From IMG/VR virus record IMGVR_UViG_3300045988_034366: 64,000 bases of DNA; one strand, given 5' to 3'. A model generated the notes under the pieces. The model worked only from the letters and a program-made list of their open reading frames with translations, ran no database searches and was not told the DNA's origin. Every line of letters starts with the position of its first letter. The first letter of the stretch is position 1. Source of the stretch: a virus. Made by a program: the position numbers and the translations under genes. This document shows, piece after piece, positions 31,994 to 41,788 of this stretch.

Positions 31994-33119
31994 CTTGGCT
32001 TTATCTAAAATAGATGAAACTAAGTATCTGATACTGGAGCTTATCACTGGGTATGGCAAGACCAAAGTAGCAATAGACCTCATTAATCATATATGTGATA
32101 GGGTATTCAGGAATGATGAAAGTCCTACTACTATACTTATTCTTGTAGCTAAGACTGTGCATAAGCAGACTTGGAAAGATGAGATTAAGAAGTGGGGAGG
32201 TATAAACTCAGACTGTATTACCATTGAATGCTATGAGTCTTTTAAGAACTATGAGAACTCATATTTTGATATTGTAGTAGCTGATGAGATGCAACATCTC
32301 TCAGAGGCGAGACTGAAAGTATTAGAATCTATTCATATCAATGAAGCTTTTATTGGCCTGTCTGCCACTATCAAGAGAGACATGAGGGACTACTTCATTC
32401 ATAATCATAAGGCTGAGGTTATTAAGTGTGACCTCAAAGAAGCTGTTGAGGATGAGGTATTGCCTGAGCCTACAGTATATCTACTGCCTTTATCCTTGGA
32501 TGTTAAAAGTTATACCTATAAATTCGAGAAAGTCAATAGATTTGGGCGTAGTATAATCACTACTCAGAAAGGTTACTATGATAGAATCTCTTCACTTATA
32601 AAGTGGTACAAGAATAAGTACTCTGATTCAGGAAATAGAAGAATGAAGAACTTGTGGCTTTCTACTGCTGGCAAGAGACTGAAATGGTGTGCTGAACAGA
32701 AAGAAGCCCTTGTATTATCTCTTCTTGACAAATTCAGGAATTACAAGACTTTGACTTTCTGTAGTGGTATTGAGCAGTCAGAGAGGTTAGGTAAATACAA
32801 TATCACCTCGAAGAACAAGGCTTCTGTAAAGAACCTTGAAATGTTTAATTCTAATAAGATTAAGCATATAACTGCTTGTAACATTCTCAATGAGGGTGTA
32901 AATCTGACTAATTGTAGGATAGGCATATTCTGCAACCTGAATAGTTCAGAGATTGTAGTCAAGCAAAGAGTAGGACGTATTCTTCGTCATAAATCTCCTA
33001 TTATCATTATTCCCTACTTCAAGAATACTAGGGAAGAAGAGTTAGTAGAGAAGATGATTGAAGAGTACAGCAAAGACTCTATAATAACCATAGATAATGT
33101 TAATGATATAAAACTATAG
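31971..33119 (+). CDS. SF2 (DEAD/DEAH-type) DNA helicase
   Basis: Walker A TGYGKTKV, motif II VADEMQH, and C-terminal helicase motifs (NILNEGVNL, VGRILR). Confidence 0.75.
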   Translation: MTREEVNNLALSKIDETKYLILELITGYGKTKVAIDLINHICDRVFRNDESPTTILILVAKTVHKQTWKDEIKKWGGINSDCITIECYESFKNYENSYFDIVVADEMQHLSEARLKVLESIHINEAFIGLSATIKRDMRDYFIHNHKAEVIKCDLKEAVEDEVLPEPTVYLLPLSLDVKSYTYKFEKVNRFGRSIITTQKGYYDRISSLIKWYKNKYSDSGNRRMKNLWLSTAGKRLKWCAEQKEALVLSLLDKFRNYKTLTFCSGIEQSERLGKYNITSKNKASVKNLEMFNSNKIKHITACNILNEGVNLTNCRIGIFCNLNSSEIVVKQRVGRILRHKSPIIIIPYFKNTREEELVEKMIEEYSKDSIITIDNVNDIKL

Positions 33120-33123
33120 TCTG

Positions 33124-33723
33124 ATGAATTATATTATCAATGAAGATATCTGCATAAAGAAAGGTATGGATTTGCCATCCTTGCTTGCAGTGTTATTAGT
33201 GAAAACTGGAGTAAATATATCTAAACTATTTAATGACTTGGTAGAAAAACAGATATTAGTGAAAGATATGTTCTCTGGTGGATTCTTTGTCACACAAAGA
33301 TGGAATAGTGTATGTTCAGACATCCTACTTAGTGCTGATAAGTCTGTACCCTCTGATGAAAGATTGGTTTCTCTAGTTGATAAGCTAATGGAAATATTTC
33401 CTAAAGGGAAGAAAGAAGGTACAACTGTATATTGGAGGGGAAATAGAAAAGACAACAAAGAGAGACTTCAGAAGTTCTTCAAATTGTATGGAAACAAGTA
33501 CTCTGATGAACAGATTTTACATGCTGCCAGTGAGTATGTTAAGTCCTTTAATGGTCAATACAACTATATGAGGGCACTTAAATACTTCATATGGAAAGAT
33601 GTGAGAAAGACTAACAGCAATAATGAAGGGTATATCGAAGAGGTGTCTGACTTAGCTTCTTACATAGAAAATGCTGGTCAGGAAGAAACTCTTAGAAATG
33701 ACTGGGCTACAACATTAAGATAG
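33124..33723 (+). CDS. hypothetical replication-module protein (199 aa)
   Basis: ORF between two helicase-like genes. No motif recognised. Confidence 0.6.
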   Translation: MNYIINEDICIKKGMDLPSLLAVLLVKTGVNISKLFNDLVEKQILVKDMFSGGFFVTQRWNSVCSDILLSADKSVPSDERLVSLVDKLMEIFPKGKKEGTTVYWRGNRKDNKERLQKFFKLYGNKYSDEQILHAASEYVKSFNGQYNYMRALKYFIWKDVRKTNSNNEGYIEEVSDLASYIENAGQEETLRNDWATTLR

Positions 33724-33724
33724 T

Positions 33725-34939
33725 ATGAAGGAAAATATAAGTTTAAGAGAAAGGGTTGTTGCTAATCTTGAAGAAAGAAGGCAACGAATCCTAGATGGAC
33801 AGCTTAATTGCATTCCATCTCCTTTCAAGAGATTCAGTGAAGATTTCATTGGTATTGAGCAAAGTTGCTATTACACCATAACTTCTTTCACTAAGGGAGG
33901 TAAATCTCAATTCACTTCCTATACTTTTATCTACAAGCCTCTCATGTTCTGCTATTTTACTAAGGCAGATATTGACATCAAGATATTGTATTTTCCTTTA
34001 GAGGAGACTCCTGAGAGGATTATGCAGAGATTTATATCTTGGTTACTATTTGACTTCAGTAAGGGCAAGATAAGAGTTAGCCCAAGAGAGTTAAGGAGTA
34101 CTGTCTCTCCAGTATCTGAGGAAGTCTTGAATATAATCAACAGCGAGGAAATCCAAGACATACTTAAGTATTTTGAAGAGCATGTAATCTTCCCTGAAGA
34201 AGCTGCAAATCCTACAGGAATATATAAGTACTGTAAGAATTATGCAGAGGAGCATGGCACAGTATATACTAAGACTGGTCAGTATAAGGATGAGTTTGGC
34301 ATAGTACAGAGCAGACAAGTGTTTGACAGGTATGAGCAAGATAATCCTAATGAATACAGACTGATTATCATAGATACTATCAACCTTATAGATACTGAAA
34401 GAGGAATGGCTATCAAGCAATCTATGGATAAGCTAAGCGAGTATTGTGCCAAATATCTCAGAAACAGGTATAACTATTCTCCTGTCATTATTCAACAACA
34501 AGCATTTGACCAAGAGGGCAATGAGGCTTTCAAGATTGGCAGGGTAAGACCTTCTGTTGCTGGATTAGGAGATAGTAAGTACACTTCAAGAGATAGTAAT
34601 GTGGTTCTTGGATTGTTTTCACCATTTAGATTTGCATTAAAAGAGTATGAGGGATATGATATATCCAAGTTTAAGGATAATATTAGATTCCTTGAAATGA
34701 TTGTGAATAGAGATGGTGAGATGGGAGGACTATGCCCATTATTCTTTGATGGTGCAGTATGTCACTTTGAAGAACTCCCAAGGCCAGACAACAGCGGTGA
34801 AATATCTAAAGTATATGACTATCTAAAACACATAAGAGGTGTAGCAGCTAAGTCATTTTGTAGTTATGGAATGAAGAAAAGGAAAAAGAGCTTGCATAAT
34901 ACTGGATTATTTAGTAAATTCGCAGCCCTTTTCAAGTAA
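33725..34939 (+). CDS. RecA-fold ATPase, DnaB/gp4-like replicative helicase candidate
   Basis: P-loop-like SFTKGGKSQFTS and Walker B YRLIIIDTINLID. Confidence 0.45.
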   Translation: MKENISLRERVVANLEERRQRILDGQLNCIPSPFKRFSEDFIGIEQSCYYTITSFTKGGKSQFTSYTFIYKPLMFCYFTKADIDIKILYFPLEETPERIMQRFISWLLFDFSKGKIRVSPRELRSTVSPVSEEVLNIINSEEIQDILKYFEEHVIFPEEAANPTGIYKYCKNYAEEHGTVYTKTGQYKDEFGIVQSRQVFDRYEQDNPNEYRLIIIDTINLIDTERGMAIKQSMDKLSEYCAKYLRNRYNYSPVIIQQQAFDQEGNEAFKIGRVRPSVAGLGDSKYTSRDSNVVLGLFSPFRFALKEYEGYDISKFKDNIRFLEMIVNRDGEMGGLCPLFFDGAVCHFEELPRPDNSGEISKVYDYLKHIRGVAAKSFCSYGMKKRKKSLHNTGLFSKFAALFK

Positions 34940-34963
34940 AAGTAACATTATAAAACAAAAACA

Positions 34964-35734
34964 ATGGCAAAAATTCTAGTTTTAGCAAAATCAGGCTTCG
35001 GAAAAACTACCTCCTATTGTGGTAGGGAAAAGTTGGGAATTAAGGGTCTTGACCCAAAGGAAACCTATATCATTCAGTGCATTGGTAGAGGTGTTCCCAA
35101 TCCCAATTTCAAATTGATTGAGGGTAGCATTGGAGTGGATAATGTAGGAAAGCCTACTCAAAAGCTCACAAATGCAAATGCCCTTGCTACAGGTAATAGA
35201 GTTCAAGTAGATGGGCTTACAGGACTTGACAGATTTGCAGCAGTAGCTGAAATTCTGAACATCTTGAAGAAAGCTCCCTACAAGAATATCATCATTGATG
35301 ATTTCAATTACCTTGCCCAAGACTTTTATATGGCAAATGCCATGAAAGGTGGATGGGATACCCCTAAGCAGATTGGCTATGGAATGGGCTTAGTATTTGA
35401 TGCTTTCAAGGGATTTCCTGAGGATAAGAATATTATCTGCTGTGCCCATTATGAGGAGTATAAGGATAAAAATGGAGACTCCATTTCCTATAAGTTCAAG
35501 ACCACTGGAAAGATGGTTGATGACTATATCACTCCTGAGGGTAAGTTTGATATTATCCTCTTTGGGAAGGTAGGATATGACCCTGAAAACAAGAAGCCTA
35601 TCAAGCATTTTGTGAAAGAATTTGATGGTGAATATCCTGCTAAAGATAGTCTTGGTGCATTGGATGACCTTCCTGATGAGATTCCTAATGACTTATCTAT
35701 AGTAGTAGACAAGTTAAGGGAAATCTATGGATAG
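34964..35734 (+). CDS. P-loop ATPase (Sak4/RecA-like recombination ATPase candidate)
   Basis: Walker A AKSGFGKTT at the N-terminus and Walker B NIIIDDFNYL. Confidence 0.55.
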   Translation: MAKILVLAKSGFGKTTSYCGREKLGIKGLDPKETYIIQCIGRGVPNPNFKLIEGSIGVDNVGKPTQKLTNANALATGNRVQVDGLTGLDRFAAVAEILNILKKAPYKNIIIDDFNYLAQDFYMANAMKGGWDTPKQIGYGMGLVFDAFKGFPEDKNIICCAHYEEYKDKNGDSISYKFKTTGKMVDDYITPEGKFDIILFGKVGYDPENKKPIKHFVKEFDGEYPAKDSLGALDDLPDEIPNDLSIVVDKLREIYG

Positions 35735-36005
35735 GAATGAAACTATAGAATTATCAAGGTTGGCTGCCTTTGATAAAGTGCCTATACCTAAGGCACTTAA
35801 AGCAATCACAGACTATTGTCTTGAAAAGGGTAAATCAGATATTGGCATCTCAGTACTGAAAGAGTACTTGGCAAGAGATGTTGTTATGCTAGGGTCCTGC
35901 CTAAATCAAGCCTTAGAATACTTTGAAAGAAAGTTTGTGATATGCAAGCTATGGAGTGCTCCCATAAATAATGCGGGGCAAAGAAAGTTATTACAAATCT
36001 TTTAA
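35727..36005 (+). CDS. hypothetical protein (92 aa)
   Basis: ORF overlapping the previous stop by 8 nt. Confidence 0.55.
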   Translation: MDRNETIELSRLAAFDKVPIPKALKAITDYCLEKGKSDIGISVLKEYLARDVVMLGSCLNQALEYFERKFVICKLWSAPINNAGQRKLLQIF

Positions 36006-36016
36006 TATAAGAAAAT

Positions 36017-36472
36017 ATGAAGACATTAACAGTAAGACAGTTTGCAGGTGTAAAAAGAATTGCACAGAATGTTAATCCTTTGGTAGTAAAGAAGAATAAG
36101 ATTGCTGCCAAGATTGATGAACTCAATGCAGAGTATGATGCTCTGACTGAGGAGATTGAGGGACATGAAATGGGTGTCAAGGCCCTGACTAAAGGCTTCA
36201 CTAGTGAGGACTTAGTTGTCAAGAGGGTAGAAGATACTGGTAAGACTGATAAGGATGGTAAGCCTATCAAGGTAACTAAGTATGAGCCTAAAGAAGGTGT
36301 TGTGGTATTCAATGAGGAAGCTAATGTGTATGAGATTCACGCAGAAGAGCCTGAACCTGAACCTGAAGCTGTTGCTCCTGATACAATAGATGATACTGAG
36401 AAGGCTCCTGAAGCTGTAGTAGAAGTCAAGGTAAATGCAGAGTCTTCTTTCCCTGACAATCTTCCTTACTAA
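36017..36472 (+). CDS. hypothetical protein with acidic Pro/Glu tail (151 aa)
   Basis: ORF. Minus-strand ORF 35884-36312 is a shadow. Confidence 0.6.
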   Translation: MKTLTVRQFAGVKRIAQNVNPLVVKKNKIAAKIDELNAEYDALTEEIEGHEMGVKALTKGFTSEDLVVKRVEDTGKTDKDGKPIKVTKYEPKEGVVVFNEEANVYEIHAEEPEPEPEAVAPDTIDDTEKAPEAVVEVKVNAESSFPDNLPY

Positions 36473-36520
36473 AAAACAAGAGAAAATTTACAAGAAGTAG
36501 AATTAAACAAGTTAAATAAA

Positions 36521-37453
36521 ATGAAGAAGAATATTGGTTTTAATTTCATGGCCTTTAGTAAAGGGGCAGTGTCTACTGAAGGCAATACAGTGAAGAGATA
36601 TGTAGGTGTAGCACCTGTATTTGTACTTGGTGTAAATCCTAATAAGGAGGAACTTGAAAAGCTGTATAATACCCAGCTTGAGAATACTCCTGAATATCTC
36701 AGTGAAGTTGAAGTAGGTGAGGACAAGCACAAAGTTCCTAATGTGAGAATTGACTTCATTGTCAAGACTGATGCTGAGAAGTGTGGTGGTATTGAGTTTA
36801 CTACCAAGGTGGCTTTCTTCATTAGGAAAGAACCTAGAATCAACAGAGATGGTAGTAAGGTACAGGTAATTGACAAGTATGGTAGGACTGCTTGGGTAAC
36901 TAAAGAGCAGTACAAGAACAAGGAGATTCCTGTATATTCTAGTGGCCCTGCAAACATTGACAAGGACTATAGAGCTTGTTTCCATGGAGAGGAAGAGCTT
37001 ACCAACTTCATTAAGGCATATCTTAACATTCCTAATGTGATGAAGTATGTCAATGAGAAGTGGATTATGGTTGATAATCCTGATGATTGTGAAGCAAGAC
37101 TTGAGCATGTTGAGGATTACTTCAAAGGTGACTTCAGTGAACTTAGGGAAATTATTGCTCTTCAGCCTACCAATAAGGTTAAAGTGCTATTTGGTGTGAG
37201 AACCACTGATGACAATAAGCAGTATCAAGCTGTCTATACTCAGATGTTCTTGAAGAATAATATCACTGACTATAGCAGACTTGACAAGGACTTGCAGGAT
37301 AGAAAAGCTGCTGGTGCTTATTCTACCACTGAGTTCATTGTAGGAGACTTGAAGGAGTATAATGTTGAAGCTACTGACCTCAGCAACTCTGGCTCAAGTG
37401 ATATGCCTTTCCCTAAGGCAGAGGAGTCATCTCCTTGGGACTTTGGAAAATAA
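36521..37453 (+). CDS. single-stranded-DNA-binding protein candidate (310 aa)
   Basis: Lies between the recombination ATPase and the primase. The C-terminal acidic tip ...SGSSDMPFP... recalls the SSB D-I-P-F tail. Minus-strand ORFs 36469-36963 and 36512-37108 are shadows. Confidence 0.4.
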   Translation: MKKNIGFNFMAFSKGAVSTEGNTVKRYVGVAPVFVLGVNPNKEELEKLYNTQLENTPEYLSEVEVGEDKHKVPNVRIDFIVKTDAEKCGGIEFTTKVAFFIRKEPRINRDGSKVQVIDKYGRTAWVTKEQYKNKEIPVYSSGPANIDKDYRACFHGEEELTNFIKAYLNIPNVMKYVNEKWIMVDNPDDCEARLEHVEDYFKGDFSELREIIALQPTNKVKVLFGVRTTDDNKQYQAVYTQMFLKNNITDYSRLDKDLQDRKAAGAYSTTEFIVGDLKEYNVEATDLSNSGSSDMPFPKAEESSPWDFGK

Positions 37454-37482
37454 GTAGTAAACTCTCTCTCAAAAAAAAAAGT

Positions 37483-38526
37483 ATGTCTGTCAGTAAAGGT
37501 GAATCTTCTGTTACTTTAAGTGACATTCTAGAGAAGACAACAGAAGCAAATATTCTGTCATTCTATCTAGGAGTCACTGAAATTCCTTGTATTATACATA
37601 GTCCTCTTAGGAAAGATAACAGGCCATCATTTGGCCTGTACTCCTCTAATGGAAAAAGGATATATTTTGTAGACTTTGCAACCAAGGATAGAGGAGGTGT
37701 ATTTGACCTCCTTTGTCAGATGTGGGGATGCAACTACAGAGAAGTCCTAACAAGGATAAGCAAGGATATGCCAAAGCTCTGCTCCATAGGAACACCTGAT
37801 GTCCATAAACATATTCCATGTGCTGTGAGAAGTACCATTGAATGCAAAAAGAGTACTGACTTACAATGCAAAGTCAGAGATTGGACATCTTATGATGTTG
37901 AATATTGGAAATCCTATGGAATAAGTCTTGATTGGCTGAAGTATGCAGAAGTTTATCCCATATCACATAAAATCATCATTAAAGATGGTCATAGATATGT
38001 GTTTGGGGCTGACAAATATGCTTATGCTTATGTAGAACACAAGGAAGGTAAAGTTACTCTAAAGATATATCAACCTTTTAATAAGAATGGTTATAAATGG
38101 AGTAACAAGCATGACAACTCTGTGATAAGCCTGTGGACTAAAGTACCTGAATATGGGGAGCAGATTTGCATTTGTTCTTCACTGAAAGATGCTTTATGCC
38201 TATGGGCTAATACAGGGATACCATCTCTTGCTATCCAAGGTGAGGGATATAGGATAAGTGATACTGCAATTAGTGAACTGAAAAGAAGATACAAACAAAT
38301 CTTCATTTGCTTGGATAATGATGAGCCAGGATTAAAAGATGCTCAGAAGTTAGCTGAGGAAACAGGGTTTACTAATGTAGTATTGCCACCCTTTGATGGA
38401 GGAAAAGATATTTCTGACCTTTTTAAGGCTAAAGGAAAAGAAGAGTTCCTCAAAATTATTAAGCCTTTATTTAAAATCAAAGTAATAGATGATGATTGGG
38501 ATGATTTACCCTTCAAAGTCTATTAA
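37483..38526 (+). CDS. DnaG-type primase (zinc-finger-like N-terminus + Toprim)
   Basis: IHSPLRKDNRPSFGLY is CHC2-finger-like. The Toprim domain has ICSSLKDAL (conserved acidic position unclear) and FICLDNDEPG (DxD). The ATG at 37483 follows an A10 tract. Confidence 0.7.
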   Translation: MSVSKGESSVTLSDILEKTTEANILSFYLGVTEIPCIIHSPLRKDNRPSFGLYSSNGKRIYFVDFATKDRGGVFDLLCQMWGCNYREVLTRISKDMPKLCSIGTPDVHKHIPCAVRSTIECKKSTDLQCKVRDWTSYDVEYWKSYGISLDWLKYAEVYPISHKIIIKDGHRYVFGADKYAYAYVEHKEGKVTLKIYQPFNKNGYKWSNKHDNSVISLWTKVPEYGEQICICSSLKDALCLWANTGIPSLAIQGEGYRISDTAISELKRRYKQIFICLDNDEPGLKDAQKLAEETGFTNVVLPPFDGGKDISDLFKAKGKEEFLKIIKPLFKIKVIDDDWDDLPFKVY

Positions 38527-38556
38527 AAAGAAAAACCAAGTAAAAATTAAAACATT

Positions 38557-39264
38557 ATGGAAACTCGTAAAATCACTATCGTTTCAACTAAGAGTCAATC
38601 TAAGAAAGTTATCATGTCTTCTGCTACTACTCTTGCAGAACTGAAGTCTGACCTGAGACAGAATGGCATTGACTATGAAGGTATGTCCTTCTTTGAAGGT
38701 ACTTCTAAAGTAGAGTTAAAGAATGATGCTTCTGTTCTTCCTCATGATGTACCTTGGAAAGGCACTGTTACCAATGAATTGGTATTCATGCTCACCAATA
38801 CTAACAAGAAAATTAGGTCTGGTGCAATGAGCAGAATGGAGGCATATGCTGAAATCAAGAGAATGGGTCTTCAAGATGCTTGCCTTAAGAAGTTTGGGAA
38901 GAACTTCACTATGTGTAAGACTGCTGACCTTATTGCATTGGTACAGAGTAATAGTGCTGCAAAGCCTGCTCCTGCTCCTAAAGCTGAGGCTAAGAAGGAG
39001 GAGACACCTGTAAACACTCCTGTAGCACCTGCAAGTAATGGCGGTGAATGTGTTGATACTGCATCAAGAGCTGCTATCAGTAAGTTGGTGGAAATCCTTG
39101 AGGACAATGGCACAATTGAGGATTATGAGAAAGAGGAAGTGCTTGGTATTCTTGGGGGTGAAGTAGCTGTAACTACTGCAACCTCCGAGGAGTATAAGCC
39201 TAAGTCAGCTTCTCCTTACTCTGATGATGAGATTGATGATATGTTTAATGACATGGACATCTAA
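38557..39264 (+). CDS. beta-grasp-like N-domain + HeH/SAP-like motif + acidic tail protein (235 aa)
   Basis: Residues 5-80 alternate short beta strands and one helix (ITIVST, KKVIMSS, TLAELKSDLRQNG, MSFFEG, VELKND, ELVFMLT). SRMEAYAEIKRMGL...KTADLIALV is SAP/HeH-like. There is an internal LGILGG. Confidence 0.35.
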   Translation: METRKITIVSTKSQSKKVIMSSATTLAELKSDLRQNGIDYEGMSFFEGTSKVELKNDASVLPHDVPWKGTVTNELVFMLTNTNKKIRSGAMSRMEAYAEIKRMGLQDACLKKFGKNFTMCKTADLIALVQSNSAAKPAPAPKAEAKKEETPVNTPVAPASNGGECVDTASRAAISKLVEILEDNGTIEDYEKEEVLGILGGEVAVTTATSEEYKPKSASPYSDDEIDDMFNDMDI

Positions 39265-39286
39265 GGGCAAAAAAAAATATGTAATG

Positions 39287-39325
39287 GTAGGCAGGAGATA
39301 TTATATCTCCTCCTACTTTTTTTTT
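39287..39325 (+). terminator. intrinsic terminator
   Basis: 13-bp stem GTAGG(C)AGGAGATA/TATCTCCTCCTAC, followed by T9. Confidence 0.8.
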
Positions 39326-39327
39326 AC

Positions 39328-40638
39328 ATGAGTATGAGTGAAGAAAATATTAAGCGATTTAATGAAAGTGTACATACACTCTATAATGCTATAATGGATA
39401 AACCTCTTCAAGTGCTTGGCATATTCAATGACTTCTTTGGAGCAGACAAAGTTGATATGCAGGGTGTTTGGAATGAAGATAGACTAAGGTCTTGGCTTGA
39501 AGTAGAGCCTATTACTTCATATCTCTATAGGGGTAACTCAAATGTAACATCTAGTGAATGGGATACATATCATACTAAGAGTATAATGGATTTGTCTCAA
39601 AGTGAATTTGAATGGGCACTCTCATCATTATCTCATGAAGATACAATAGAAAGTATTGTTAGTAGTAAGTTCGACAATATGTTTATCCTTGTACATTTTC
39701 CGCATGTAAGGATTACTAATGAGCATGATAGATATGTAGATATTAACCATCTGTGGGCTAAGATTAAAATAACATCTGAGGGCACTATGAATGGTAATTT
39801 TACTCTCAATAGGTCTGAATACCAAGCTATTCACTTTATTAGTAACTATATGCACAGTCATGTAAGTAGCATTCCTAAAGATGACCTTACTAGGTTTATG
39901 AGTCCCTGCACTGGAGATGGGCCTATCAATAGTACTATATCATCTTTATATAGAGAATTTGATAGTGACCTTTGGCAGTTATTCTGTCTTGAACTCAGTA
40001 AGTATGTTACTGTGGAATCTATTTCAGGAAGACCTTATCATTATCTTGAAAAAATAGGTACTAGTAATATGGATACAGGAGTATCTTCCTTTATTGCATT
40101 TAATAATCCTACTAGATACTGGGATTCTTCTAATGCAGCACTAGACAGGTTAAGAAAGTTTGTCAAGTACTTTGTTCAAGGAAATCATTTGAAGTTTAAC
40201 TATGTGAATGGCTCTTATTCCATAGGAATGTCTTTCATAGAGTACATAGTGCTAATTAGCAATGAATTTATTAAATGGTACAATAGGCAATTCAATGATA
40301 AGAAAATGACTACTACTCTTGAAAGCCTAGAAAGAACCCATGTAGTTAGAGAATGTATTATTAGCAATGGTAAAATCTACTATGATAGCAGCAGAAACAA
40401 TATCAATACCCTTTCTTCTTATATAGGAAAGAAAGTTTGCACTTTCAAAGGAGTGAAGATTACTCTTAGCATATCAGACATATCTGAGGTAAATGCTGAG
40501 AACAAGAGTATCATACTTGACCCTCAGACTGCATTATTTATATTAAATCAAATCCTCAAAGTATTAAATTATAGATATGGAAGGAAAACAGCTAACCATA
40601 CAGAGTACCAAGTTGGTACAGAAGTTAGGTACATATAA
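39328..40638 (+). CDS. orphan protein upstream of the JAB/E1 pair (436 aa), weak UBC/E2-like signature
   Basis: FILVHFPHVRITNE...YMHSHVSSIPKDDLTRFMSPCTGDGPI loosely recalls the E2 beta-meander plus HPN...C. Overlaps the JAB gene by 62 nt. Confidence 0.3.
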   Translation: MSMSEENIKRFNESVHTLYNAIMDKPLQVLGIFNDFFGADKVDMQGVWNEDRLRSWLEVEPITSYLYRGNSNVTSSEWDTYHTKSIMDLSQSEFEWALSSLSHEDTIESIVSSKFDNMFILVHFPHVRITNEHDRYVDINHLWAKIKITSEGTMNGNFTLNRSEYQAIHFISNYMHSHVSSIPKDDLTRFMSPCTGDGPINSTISSLYREFDSDLWQLFCLELSKYVTVESISGRPYHYLEKIGTSNMDTGVSSFIAFNNPTRYWDSSNAALDRLRKFVKYFVQGNHLKFNYVNGSYSIGMSFIEYIVLISNEFIKWYNRQFNDKKMTTTLESLERTHVVRECIISNGKIYYDSSRNNINTLSSYIGKKVCTFKGVKITLSISDISEVNAENKSIILDPQTALFILNQILKVLNYRYGRKTANHTEYQVGTEVRYI

Positions 40639-41788
40639 TTATAAGCTGGTTATACCAGCTGAAGTTGAGAGAAAAATAAGATTTGCCTGCCAAAGAGTAT
40701 GGAATACAGAGTGGTCAGGCACATTATTTTTTACACATGAAGGTTCATTTGAGAACAATGACCTTGTAATAAGATGTGTGGATATTTACATTATGGATAT
40801 TGGTACTCAAGCCTATACAGAGTTTGATATGAATCCTGATGTAATAGCATATATGTGTGAGCATTCAGAGCTACTTGATTGTCAAATGGGCCTTATCCAT
40901 TCTCATAATAATATGTCTACTTTCTTTAGTGGCACTGATACTGCTACCTTGAAGGAAGAGGGCAGAGATAGGAACAACTTTGTATCTCTCATTGTGAACA
41001 ATGAAGGAAGCTATACAGCTGCTATCACTAGAAGAGTGAAAAGTAAGAGTGTGAAAGAGTCTGTATCCTATGAGTTCTTTGGAGATGGTGAAAAGCATGA
41101 TACCAAGGAGTATGTGTCTGAAGAGAATGAGATTGAGTGGTTCTATCTCAACATAGTCAAGGAAGGAGATACCTTTTCCTTTCAAGACATGGATGTTAGG
41201 TTTGAGGAAATCAAGAAGAGGAAAGCTGAGAAAGCTAAAGAGGCTGAAATGGCTAGGAAACAAACTTCTCAGGTTACTTCATATAGACCTTCAACTGTTA
41301 TAAATTCTTATGGCACAAAGGCAGGGTCTGCCAGCACTATGGCTAGTAAGAAGGCTATTGGTCAAACATCACTCTTTGATGGCATAGATGATTGGGATTC
41401 TGATAACTTTGATATACCATATGGTACAGCTAAATTTGATAGGAACACCATCAGACAGCTTACTTTGCAGTTGATTACTGGTAGTATTATCATACCTAAT
41501 GATAGTAAGATTGACATCAAGAAGTGGGCAGCCTCTATGCCTGCAATGTATCAGAAGAGATTTGGCAAAGGAGAAGAAGGCATGAAGCTCTTTGAGTTGT
41601 GGGCAGATACATATACTGAGTTCCTCTGTTGGTATGCAACAGATAGAAAACTTGAAGCTCAAGGTATGGATGACACTGAGATATGTGCTATATGTGCCCA
41701 TGATATGATTGAAGAATTAACTAAACTCCCTGAGAATGAATATATCAAGGGGTATATTGATGCACTTCAGAAATACTTAATATTATGA
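40577..41788 (+). CDS. JAB/MPN-domain metalloprotease with long C-terminal extension (403 aa)
   Basis: Exact JAMM motif H-x-H-x7-S-x2-D in GLIHSHNNMSTFFSGTD, with an upstream Glu (NTEWSG). Confidence 0.75.
   Translation: MEGKQLTIQSTKLVQKLGTYNYKLVIPAEVERKIRFACQRVWNTEWSGTLFFTHEGSFENNDLVIRCVDIYIMDIGTQAYTEFDMNPDVIAYMCEHSELLDCQMGLIHSHNNMSTFFSGTDTATLKEEGRDRNNFVSLIVNNEGSYTAAITRRVKSKSVKESVSYEFFGDGEKHDTKEYVSEENEIEWFYLNIVKEGDTFSFQDMDVRFEEIKKRKAEKAKEAEMARKQTSQVTSYRPSTVINSYGTKAGSASTMASKKAIGQTSLFDGIDDWDSDNFDIPYGTAKFDRNTIRQLTLQLITGSIIIPNDSKIDIKKWAASMPAMYQKRFGKGEEGMKLFELWADTYTEFLCWYATDRKLEAQGMDDTEICAICAHDMIEELTKLPENEYIKGYIDALQKYLIL

Noticed and set aside
36469-37108. Two long minus-strand ORFs (164 and 198 aa) opposite the SSB-like gene. 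Similar antisense ORFs are 35884-36312, 50365-50898, 6597-7025, 25283-25543 and 29721-30062, plus many 60-130-aa ones.
   Set aside because: They lie antisense to better-supported genes in operon context. Their composition is Ser/Leu/Phe-rich and low-complexity, typical of shadow frames in AT-rich DNA, and no promoter or terminator is oriented for them.
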